Assembly (NCBI GenBank): GCA_043228905.1
Contig: JBHGNT010000004.1
Coordinates: 12,090,001 to 12,154,000, forward strand
DNA from: Azolla caroliniana
Taxonomy: Eukaryota > Plantae > Polypodiophyta
Direction: 5' to 3'
Length of the DNA stretch: 64,000 bases
Shown: one piece after another, positions 51,640 to 62,138 of the stretch
How the letters are laid out: each line of letters opens with the position of its first letter
How positions within the stretch are numbered: the stretch's first letter is position 1
Notes under the pieces: model-generated
What the model was told of the DNA's origin: nothing
Database searches by the model: none
The model's input: the letters and a program-made list of their open reading frames with translations, nothing else
Made by a program: the position numbers and the translations under genes

Positions 51640-54600
51640 CCCCTCAAGTGTGGCATGTCGAGATGCTGAACACCAAGCATTTCGATGAAGTGTTGCAACT
51701 TGTCCGATCCAAGCAGTTTGGTGAAGATGTCGGCAACCTACCGATCCGTTTGAACATACCGAAGTTCTACTTCACCGTTCAAGCTGCATGTTGCTCATAT
51801 AGTCGCAGTAGATCAGGATCGGGGTCGGTACCTCGATCCGTAGGTCTTGCAGCAGTCGCCGAAGCCAAATGGCTTCACATGTGGCGATGGTAGCGCCCCG
51901 ATACTCAGCCTCAGCGCTCAATAGAGCTACTGTTGGCTGCTTTTTGCTGCTCCATGCAACAACCGCACTGCCTAGGGAAAACATGTAACCGTAAGTTGAT
52001 CGGCGATCTGATGCATCGTCGGCCCAGTCGGCATCCGTGTAACCGACTAGCTCTTCGGTTATACATCGTCAGTATAACAATCCCCATGTACCGCAGTATT
52101 CCGTGCCGCTCATGTACCGCAATATTCGGTGCGCGCACTGAAGATGCTCTACGGTCGGGTTCTGCATGAATTGGCTAATGACACCGACCGGATAGCTGAT
52201 GTCGGGTCGGGTGATGGTCAAATATATAAGGCTTTTGACAATTTTTCGGAACCGTTTCTCATCGCAGGCCAGTCCGGAGTTGCGACAGAGCTTCTGGTTC
52301 CGGTCCAGGGGTGTTGAGACAGGTCGGTATTCTATCATGGTGAACTTTTACAGCATCTTCAACACATAGTGTCTTTGTGAGAGCAATATGCCGTCGGGGG
52401 TTCGGATCACCTCGATCCCAAGGAAATAGTGAAGGTCCCTCAGATCCTTTATCTCAAATGCGTCGGACAACTGGGACTTGATTCGGCCGATTTCATCGAG
52501 TCCGTGTCCGGTGATGACTAGATCATCAACATACAGCAAGATGCAAACCGGACCGTCCGGACCTTACCGGATGAACAACAAAGAGTTGGACTTGGAGGCC
52601 GCAAACCTCATCTTACGCAACCGGTGCGTAATCTTCGCATTCCAAGCTCGAGGTGCTTGCTTCATGCCATAAAGTGACTTCTTCAGCCACCATACCGCCA
52701 ACTTGTTCATCTCCAACTGAAAACCGGGGGGTTAGGTCATGAAGACCTCTTCCTCAAGATCTCCTTGAAGAAATGCATTCTTCACGTCCATCTGGTGAAG
52801 ATGCCACCCCCTTACCGCAGTAACCTCCAGCACCACACGAACTGTCGTCATCTTCGCTACCGGAGCGAAGGTCTCGTCGTAGTCGATTCCGTGGGTCTGC
52901 GCGTATCCCTTCGCCACTAACCGGGTCTTGTACCGGTTAACTAAACCATCGGCATTGTACTTTACTTTGTAAACCCACTTGCATCCAATCAGTTTACAGT
53001 GACCAGGAGGGTCAACCAGGTCCCATGTCTCGTTGGCATCAAGTGCCCGCATCTCTTCTTCCATAGCATCAAGCCAATGTGCGTCCTTTGCCGCTTCTGC
53101 GTAGCTCTCCGGGTCACGCACTTCCGCCACCTTGGTCATGTACGCATAGTGATGCGCCATGTACTCATTGTACCCGTACCGCTTAACAAGTTCCTTCTAG
53201 CAGGTTGACTGACGTAACCCACCGTTACCTGGTTTAAGGCCCTTCTTGGCCGGTTCGGTCTTCAGTGCCGAAGAACCATCATTTTCCTTTCCGGAGTCGG
53301 ATCCGCTCTGATCCAACTCATCATTACCGGTTTCATAATTCGGCCTCTTCTTCTTCCCCTTCTCTTTGCGCGTGAACCGTCTCCTCGGTTTCTTGCGCGG
53401 AGAGAGCACAATAGAGTCTTCACTACTCGCTGATTCCTCTTCTGACTGGTCTCTCGTTCGGGCCCACTCAACCGAAACGATTCCAGATTCTCTTCTTGAG
53501 TCCCGGATTCATCATCTTCTATCTGGACCGGTTCAGGCTCCTCAGTCTCATCCTCCGGTATCGGGTCAGGGTCGGAAGTCGGAGTTGGTAAGGAATACCA
53601 TGATGCCGTTTCATGGAACTTGACATCGCGGCTAACTCGGACCTGCTTTGTCCGGGGGTTATAACACTTATACCCCTTTTCCTCATGTGAGTAGACGACG
53701 AGGATGCACTTCTCCGATTTTGCATCCAGCTTCCTCCGCTTCTCATCTGGCACATGCACATATGCAATGCTACCGAATATTCAAAGGTGTCTCAAATTCG
53801 GCTTGCACCCGAAATACAGCTCATGCGCGAACACCTTGTCACTGATCCGGTTTTGGATGTAGACGGTTGTCCGAGCCACCTCCACCCAGTAGAAATGGGG
53901 CATGCTCTTATCCTCCAGGATCGCCCTTGCCGCGTCGACAAGCGACCGGTTCTTCCTTTCGGCCACACCGTTTTGCTCCGGTGTGTATTTGCAGCTGAAC
54001 TCTCTCCAAACTCCTGTTTGCTGCAGATAACTGTTGAATTGGCCGGAAAAATATTCCTTTCCGCCATCTGACCGCAGGCACTTGATCTTCCTCTCCGATT
54101 CCCGTTCCACCATGCTTTGGAGGTTCTGGAAAAAGTCGAAGACTTCGGTCTTCCGCTCAATGAGGTAGATCCATGTGTGCCGGCTATAGTCGTCGATGAA
54201 GGAGACGAAGTATCGACTCCCGCCAAGACTCACGTTCTATGCCGGTCCCCATACATCTGAATGAATAAGGTCGAGCTTGTTATGGCTACGGTTTCGTTCG
54301 GTGGGGAATGGATGTCGGTGTTGCTTCCCGAGTTGGCAGGCTTCACATATTTGGGCCTTCTGGCCACTAAACCTCGGCAAACCAAAAACAACTTGTTTCG
54401 TTTGCAGGTCTTGAAGCCTCCGGTAATTGACGTGGCCGATTCGCTTGTGCCAAAGATCGATGTCCGATTCAATCTTTTGTCCTTTGGCGAACAAAGCGGT
54501 CTAGATCTGTTTGAATCGGCACGCTTCTTCCAACACTCTCTTTCTCTGTGGCCCTTTTTGCCACAATACTAGCATTCCGTGGCGGATTTGTCATGCCGGC

Positions 54601-55348
54601 CTACGACGCCGCCTTGACTCCCCCTGCTTGTGGAAGTCTCGGAACTGCTGTCAGCGCATTCTCTGTGTCTTCTTTCCTGCTCTTGCCGGCCGCCTCCAGT
54701 GCGTGCCGACCCACCTCGTGCCCCATGCCCACGGGGCCTATTTGTCTCTGTGTACAACATCTGGCTGTCCGATTGAGCGGTCCTGAACCCACTCGCATGG
54801 TTTTCTTCGACCATTAGCATCGATTGCAAATCAAAGAAGGTCGGTGGTTTCTCCCGGGTGCAGATCGTTGTCCGGATTGGCCCGTACCTTTGCGCTAGAC
54901 CATCAAGGCAGATTTGTACCATTTCGTCTTCGTCGACCGTCACGTTGATGGACCTGAGTGTATCGCAAATCTCCTTTATTTTGGTGGTGTAGTCCGTAAC
55001 CGACATATCTCTTTGTCGGATGTTGTTTAGCTCTTGTCGGAGCAGCAACTTACGAGTTGTGGTACTTGCGGCAAAAATCTTACGTAGATTTTCCCCGGCC
55101 TCCTTCGGCGTCTTTGCATCCTTGATGTAGTCGAGCATCTAGTCGTGCACACAAGACGCAAGGCAGTATAATACTCTGCTCACTCCTTCCTCCCATACCG
55201 GGAAGTCCTTGTGTCCAGGCTCTAGTGCTACCTCATTTGTTCCTTCCACAAAACTCCAATACCCATGGCCCAATACGTATTGCATTTTGTATGACCAGGA
55301 CGCGTAGTTGCTCCGGTTGAGCTTCTTTGTAGGAAGTGAACTCGCCAT
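51640..55348 (-). pseudogene. Disrupted copia gag-pol; the protease region appears deleted near 54500-54560
   Basis: Gag 55348-54569, LWHKRIGH...CEACQLGK, rve 54233-53781, RT 53160-52348 and RH 51984-51772. Confidence 0.88.
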
Positions 55349-57032
55349 ACCTCTGTCCCTATTTCTTTTTTCTCTATCTACTGTTCTGTTCTCACAACGT
55401 GTAGGGTTTGTCTTTTGAAAGCAAATGTCGGCTGTAGAGGTCTTCAACCCTCGCGCTCTGATACCATGTGGAAGCGTATGTGCGGAAGCGTAAGAGAACA
55501 GCTTGGCTGCGTAGCAGCAAAGAGAGAGAGAGAGAATAATACACAGAATACAGAGAGTACTCGGGAGAGATAGAGAGAGCAGAACAATAATCTATTACAA
55601 AACTTATATCAACACTCTATGCATGAAACGTGCTCAACAACACTATTTATCAAGTCCTAAGAGGCCTGACAGAAGTACTACCTACTTCAATGCTCACTCG
55701 AGCGTCTCACACTAACTACGAGACTATTAACTCCCTAGTAGTGTAGTTGCTACTAGGCTTTTGGTTACTGATGGATCCAGCTAACCGGCTCCCCAGCTCA
55801 CCGGCTCTTTAGCTCACCGGGTGCTCAATGGCTCACCAATCCGTCTCGATCACCGGCTCATGCTTATTTAGCTGATCCAGCTCCAGTTGCGCTTGCCGCT
55901 CAACCGAGTGTTATGGCTTCCGTAGGAAAAATTCGTGTTTTTGAGTGTTATAGCTTCCGTAGGGAAATTAGGGTTCTTGAGTGTTATGGCTTCTAACACG
56001 TTCACGTTCACAAGTGGAAGGATTGCGCATTCCACTTGTAGAATCTTCTTAAAACGAAGCAAATACACCCTCTCAACAAAAATTGGATGCACTAGTATCA
56101 CATGTTCCTCAACTTGATGAGAATTTGCAAATATAAAAATACATGATAGATCTACGAGTGGAGATCATTAGAAATCATGCAAGTTTAGACATGTTGATAA
56201 GTTAATGTAGGCATAATAAAGTTCAACTATGGCTCAATATGTCACTACTGTGCGACAAGGGAAACACTAACTTAAAGACTTATATTAATTAGGTAAGTTT
56301 TACAAAAATATCAGGTGTACTTGTATCCATACTAATAAAATGAGATATAATTTATACTTTGACCCATACGTGCATGTATGTAATTGTGGAAAATGTGCAC
56401 ATTAGGATAAGTGATTGGAATAACTAACTTATTAAAGTATTCAATACTTGTATTTAAAGTTGATCTAATCTATTCCTCAGTTTGTTCATATGGGATCAAA
56501 CCATATGTTTATAATTGTGGACAATGTAAGGCAGTGAACTTTAGGATAATGTCGTGGAAATAACAAACCTATTAGGCTTTCATATCTGTATTTAAAATTG
56601 ATCTACTCTATTGCTTAGGTGATTCACACAAGATCAAACTCCAAACGATAACGCAACTGGAACCATTATCAACACACTACACAATCTAAGCAGCAATGGA
56701 ATAGAAACATAATAGTTTTAACAATAGAAGACAAAGATCCATAATAACAACATGGACAGTCATGGCAACAATTATAGGGCCATGTTCTGTTAAGGTTAGC
56801 TTGGACCAAAATCAGCCTCAATTTAAACTAGTTCATGTTTCTCCATAAGTTTGGTAGTCAGCTATGCACGCGGTGAAACCAATGTCATAAATCTACTAAT
56901 CAAGTATATAAAAATAAAATTGAAACATATAGAAGATTATAAAGAATAGAATCCACTAGGTAAAACCCAAAATTTGTATTAATAATGTGAAATCTTAACA
57001 AATCGTCAGTGTCATTTTCTTCATAGAGTCTA

Positions 57033-60000
57033 TTACATAGCAATCAATTCATCAACGTCATTTTCTTCATCATCTTGTGTAGAACTGTCTTCGGCTATAC
57101 GTGCATTGGTTTCCCCTGTTAGCCGAGCCAACGAAATATCTTCTATAAGCTCATCATCAAGCTCTATTAGCTCCCCCGGTTCGCCGGCTAACGGAGGAAT
57201 AGGCTCTCGCGAAGCAGGTTGAAACCTTTCTGTATTGGCGAGGTTCTTTGCACTGACCTCCTCATCCTGGTCTGGGCACTCCCACAAAGCCTTAATCCGC
57301 ATATTAATAAATATAACTTGGTCCTCGTCCTTCTCCAATGCAACTGTATTTCTAAAAAGCTTCAATGCACATGCAGACGTAGTTCCTGTGATGTAAGTAA
57401 CAAGAAGATTTAGTTGTCAAACGAAAAAAAAGGGATTGGTTATCTCAAGATCGTTACCCTAGTTCGAGGAATACCTGTGCCAGAAAAGAGATCTAATATC
57501 CAGTCTCCTTCGACAGAAAACATCTCGATCAAGCGCATCATAAGTCGTTGAGGTTTTTGGTATGGGTTGACAAGTCCCCGTTCTGTCGTGGTGACATGTC
57601 GCAATTTCCGTGTCACTGCTGGATATACCAACAGATTTGAACCTCCCACTTCATTAGAATGCTCTTTGATTCTCTATTTCTTAATTTCATCGAAGTAGCC
57701 AACCGTTATGTATTCAATGGCATTAACGAACCGAAAAGTTGGCCCTCTATTTACATTGGTCTTGATCCTATAAAAAATAATACATCGAGTTAAGAATAGA
57801 TTCAACAACCTTAAGAAATGCAATATAGTGAAAGACACCTATAAATAATCCTTACCATGCAAGGTTCTCGATGCCATGGCAACGAGATCTCAAAGCTTGA
57901 GCTACCGAGTAGCCTTGGTCCATACTATGAAAGACAACTATTCGCCACAAGGATGCGGTCGTTAGCTCAGCGAAATCCTTGACCATCTTCTCCAATTGTT
58001 TAAACCTAAACGGTTCATCGTCGTATGATGACCCAGCCATTCGAAATCCGTAAGGAATATCCGAAATCATTAGCGTATATTCCTTCTTTGGCACCTTCTG
58101 GATCAAGTCGATGACATCACTGCAAACCACATTGTAGTAAAGATCTCTCGTAATGTCTTTTTTGTGGCTAAATTTTTTAAAGGAGCCATCTTCCTCCATT
58201 TCGTACGCCTTGACTAAGCGACGATCCTTTTCTTTTCTGGCTCGCTCGAGATGTGCAAGGAAGGATGTAGGGAAATCGTGTATATCCTTAACTTCTCCTT
58301 GTTTCTTGCCTCGACACGGTTTCTAATAGAAGCAATAGGACATCAGGTATTATTATACAAGCTCTACATATGATGAAAGGGTAATGAAAAACCATGAATA
58401 CTAACCCAATCCTTGAATGCAATAAAATACTCTGATAACGCCTTATACGAAGAAGTTAGAGGATAATCCTCGGTCACTTGTTCCCAAGTTATACATCCAA
58501 GTTGTTTCATCATAACTTCTTGGATCTTCATGTACACCTTATGACTGTAAAATTAGAAATCAAGATTAGAACTTTGAATTACACTAGATAGACTACAATT
58601 TCAGTATTTGAAAGACTTACTTATTGAACTCAGTGACCATTTCTTCAAGGCTTAAATCTTTCGCCACAACCCTTGACAAAACCGACACAAGAAGTTGCTC
58701 GTCCTTAATACCTTGCATCGCTCTCCATAGAGACAGCTTCATGTCGTCTGCCGCTTCTTCAATTGTCAAGTCAATTTTCTTGGCGGCTTGTGACTTTAAC
58801 TCTAGTTGAGGGTCAACCCTACATTTCTTTTGTCGTTGACCCTTTACCTCCTTATTCTCCCACATTGAGAAGATTTGATCTTGTAGGTCCCATACTTCTC
58901 CATCTCTAAACGCCAATTGAAACCAAGACTCATACTTTCGAAGACCATCGGACCTAACATTATCATCTACCACAATGCCGACTTCATGCAGACATTGACG
59001 TCAAAAGCCTGGATGTAACTTCACACAAAACTTTTGTTTCACGTCTAAATACTCGTGGTGGAAGAACCGTATACGCTCAATGGACGACATTTTCTGCCTA
59101 TAGTCATTATCATTATTATGGTCCCATGCCAACAGCTTAGCCTCTTCGGTTGTGAGCCCAACATAAATTTTGCACTCGGCATACTTGAAGAAGAAAGTTG
59201 TTGGATGTTCTCTCACAAGTTGCTGACGTGCCTCTGCTGAATGCGATCCACCAATGACAAAATAATTATATTGATCATGCTTTCTAATATCAAAATCTTC
59301 AATGGTTTCACATTCTTCAAGATCTACCATAACAATAAAAGGCACCACAATGGCATGAGGATTAATTTTCATTTTTTTCTTGAGATTTTGAACATGCATG
59401 CAGTGTGGCTCTCTAATCTCAAGTGGTCGTCGACCTGTTTTTTCATCAATAAGGGGCCGATGGATGTGTGTTATAGGCAAATTAAACACTTTCCCTTTCC
59501 TGACCAGTTTCCGTTGCATTAACTCTCTCCTTATCTTATTCTGCTCGGATGACAAAACACCCGAGGCCAGCTTAGCTCCTGGCGTCCCCTTATTATCCTC
59601 CTCTTCGTTTTCACTTGTTGAATCCGTATCCGACATTTTGGTTGTCTTCTTCTTTGGTGGTCTTGACTGGACTTTGGATACCCTTTTTGTGGCCTTCAAT
59701 GGGGAGGGCACTTCATCTCTTAGAGTTACATGGCCTTGTATATAAGGCCTCAAGGTAACAATAAGGTTTTGTGAGCTTTCAAGATCTTTTTTGAACACTT
59801 CTGGCCCACAAGATTCCTTTACTAAAAGGTCTTCTGAAAGGAACACTTTATGTACCCCCTTGGAGCACTCTATCATTACCAGTATGTTGGCCGAATCTGC
59901 ATCTTCGTAGTCAAATCGTAGAATACGGCCATACATAAATGGGGTTTCCTTTCCAAGCTGCCCCTCCCCCTACTTCTTTGCTGTATACAATACGACTTTT

Positions 60001-61323
60001 TTCTTTGAGTCGACATATTGCATACACCATTCCTTGTCTGTTAGATCTCGGTCAGGAAGATCTTCACCTCCAGTAGCGGCGACAAGTTTCTTTTGGCTAA
60101 CATCACTATGTGGCTGAGATTTTGTCTCTTCGTTAAAGAGAAGCTTTTTCCCTCTCTTCATGGTCTCAGGAGCTACCTTGGTCTGGGCTTCGATTGGAGA
60201 ACCTTGTATGCGAAGCTTTATTTTCTTCACGGGTCGGTCCGACAGGTTCTCAAACGACCTATTTAAGAAAGTATATGCAAAAACATAAGTTAGGTGGTCA
60301 CGTAGATTAAGGTTGTATATTAACATGAAGAACAGTTCTCACTAGCAGTCCTATATTCAAAAATCTATTATAGGCAGGGCTATTCAACCTAGAAAATATA
60401 TATCGTAATAAGTAAACAGGGTTATATATTCTTTTAAATAGTAGGTATGACTTATATAGATTCCAAACCTATATTGAGGAGAATTTGCTATCGTAAAGGC
60501 AATTTGTGGATCATTTTCTACTATTTTAAGCTAAAGTAGGTCATAAAACCCCTATAATTAGAACATGTTTTTTTTTAAAAGTAAGGAAAGTCAACATAAA
60601 AAAGATTGATTTTGCCAGACAATTTGATATCTTTTCCACACCATAATTATTTGTTACCCCAAAAACACAATTTTTCTCTCTCAGAGCCTTCTTTTATACA
60701 GGAACTCGATACGGCGTATCGAGTTCCCATTTAAAGTTTAGGATTTAAACAAGAACTCGATACGCCGTATAGAGTTCCTCTGCTTTCTTTGCTTTTTAAA
60801 CAGGAACTCGATACGGCGTATCGAGTTCCTGTTTAAAACCTAAACTTTAAACACGAGAACTCGATACGGCGTATCGAGTTCCTGTTTAAAGTTTAGGTTT
60901 TAAACACGAACTCGATACGGCGTATCGAGTTCCTGTTTAAAAAGCAAAGAAAGCAGAGGAACTCGATACGCCGTATCGAGTTCCCATTTAAAGTTTGAAA
61001 TTTAAACACGAACTCGATACGGCGTATCGAGTTCCTGTTTAATGTTTAGGTTTTAAACAGGAACTCGATACGCCGTATCGAGTTCCTATTTAAAGTGTAT
61101 GTTTTAAACAGGAACTCGATACGCCGTATCGAGTTCCCGTTTAAAAAGCAAAAACAAATTATGAACTCGATACGCCGTATCGAGTTCATGTATAAAGTTT
61201 GTATTGTATACATGAACTCGATACGGCGTATCGAGTTCTAGAGCGACGAAACATATTTACAAAAATGTCCACAGTGTCAGAGGCCTACCTGGAGTTCTTG
61301 CGCTCGATTCTCTTTGAAGACAT
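57033..61323 (-). pseudogene. Six-exon gene: ParB/Srx-like domain plus beta-class N6-adenine/N4-cytosine DNA methyltransferase (~974 codons; nonsense codons at 59970-72, 59001-03 and 57674-76). Exons: 61323-61289, 60258-58621, 58544-58406, 58322-57856, 57767-57475, 57385-57033
   Basis: All five introns are GT-AG and keep the frame (total 2925 nt). Motif IV-like ISDIPYG (58061-58050) precedes W|IKTN, NPYQKPQRLMMRLIEMFSVEGDWILDLFSGTG|TTSACALKLFRNTVALEKD, the typical N6_N4_Mtase order. ParB-like YFVIGGSHSAEA...YVGLTTEEAKLLAWDHN. Confidence 0.85.
60702..61238. repeat. Array of 11 palindromes GAACTCGATACG(G/C)CGTATCGAGTTC, 51-bp period, in intron 1 of the methyltransferase gene
   Basis: Starts at 60702, 60753, 60804, 60857, 60908, 60959, 61010, 61061, 61112, 61163 and 61214. 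One copy has a single mismatch. Confidence 0.97.
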
Positions 61324-61466
61324 GGTTGATCGTGTGGAAGTGGAGGCGGAGATCGCGCTTTGGTGCTTTGTGCTCTGTGTGCTTTGTGTGCTTTTTGTGC
61401 TCTCTACGTTCTGTGTGCTCTGTACGCTCTGTACGCTCTAGTGAGTGAAATATGAAGAGGTCTTCC

Positions 61467-61474
61467 TATTTATA
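61467..61474 (-). promoter_or_regulatory. TATA box (TATAAATA) of the methyltransferase gene
   Basis: Reverse complement ccctataaataggaag lies ~145 bp upstream of the ATG at 61323 (context caaccATG). Confidence 0.6.
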
Positions 61475-62138
61475 GGGATTGACCACATTGGTTAAAGTAA
61501 CCATAGTCACCTTAACCAAGGTTGGTAACTTTGAGGATAGTTAGTTGGTAACCATAGTCACATTAACTAGAGTAACTTATGATTGCATTAATGATTACAA
61601 AGTCAAACTAACATATTGATCAATCTTTTATAGTCATAACAACCTGCAATGACTTCAAAGGTTATGAAGGAGACAATGATAGAGGTTCATGAATGTACCA
61701 ATGATTGATTACTAAAAGCAACAATTTTTATGACTCTCAAATGCTATGTATTAAAGATGTTGGCATGAATTAACCAATGATTGATAAGTCTAATATTTAA
61801 AATGGTGAGCATTAAAGAACCAATGAGTGAGACGTTCTATATCAAAATGGGTGCCATTAATTAGCCAATGATTTTAACATTAATCCAACATATTCATGGC
61901 TTGTTAATGATTAGTTTTATATTTTACTTGATTTAACTTCATATAGATCTAGTTTATATAATAATTGATATTTTAAGTACAATTACTTTATTAAAAATAA
62001 TTTTTTGATGTATTGTATTAATAGAATATTACATAATATAGACATTCTATTGATTTGGCTTTTGTTTAGAGAGGAGCTTATTAGTTTTTTCCTTACCCTA
62101 AGCACATAACTTAGAGAGCCCTATCTAGACCTTAAGCC

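Larger units (their letters stand above)
45080..55905 (-). mobile_element. Degenerate Ty1/copia element: 5' LTR 55467-55905, PBS 55455-55466, 3' LTR 45080-45282 plus 50792-51009, TSD GAGTG
   Basis: GAGTG at 45075-45079 and 55906-55910. tgtggaagcgtatgtg at 45080 and 55467. Reverse-complement TGGTATCAGAGC PBS. Confidence 0.92.
41555..55993 (-). mobile_element. Non-autonomous LTR element with a tRNA-Trp PBS: 3' LTR 41555-42775, 5' LTR 44818-45079 plus 55906-55993 (split by a copia and truncated), internal region 42776-44817
   Basis: LTR termini TGTCGTG...CACGACA. 41555-41800 matches 44818-45070. 44798-44813 cgcgtcgggttcacca resembles the plant tRNA-Trp 3' end (from memory). PPT-like ggtgggggtga at ~42777-42787. 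Confidence 0.8.

Noticed and set aside
59970-60326. ORF start at 60326 as the gene start
   Set aside because: 60326-60259 is AT-rich intron ending in a TAG acceptor; splicing from 61289 gives an in-frame ATG-led exon.
60702-61238. CRISPR array (25-bp palindromic repeat, 26-bp spacers)
   Set aside because: The spacers are related to one another (one pair are reverse complements), the repeat is a full palindrome in mixed orientation, there are no cas genes, and it lies in a spliceosomal intron.
57033-61323. Bacterial contamination or a restriction-modification operon
   Set aside because: It has five frame-preserving GT-AG introns and a TATA box, is contiguous with plant LTR elements, and no nuclease partner is recognisable.
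61199-61441. 80-aa plus-strand ORF
   Set aside because: It is antisense to exon 1 and the 5' UTR of the methyltransferase gene and is made of palindrome and microrepeat sequence.
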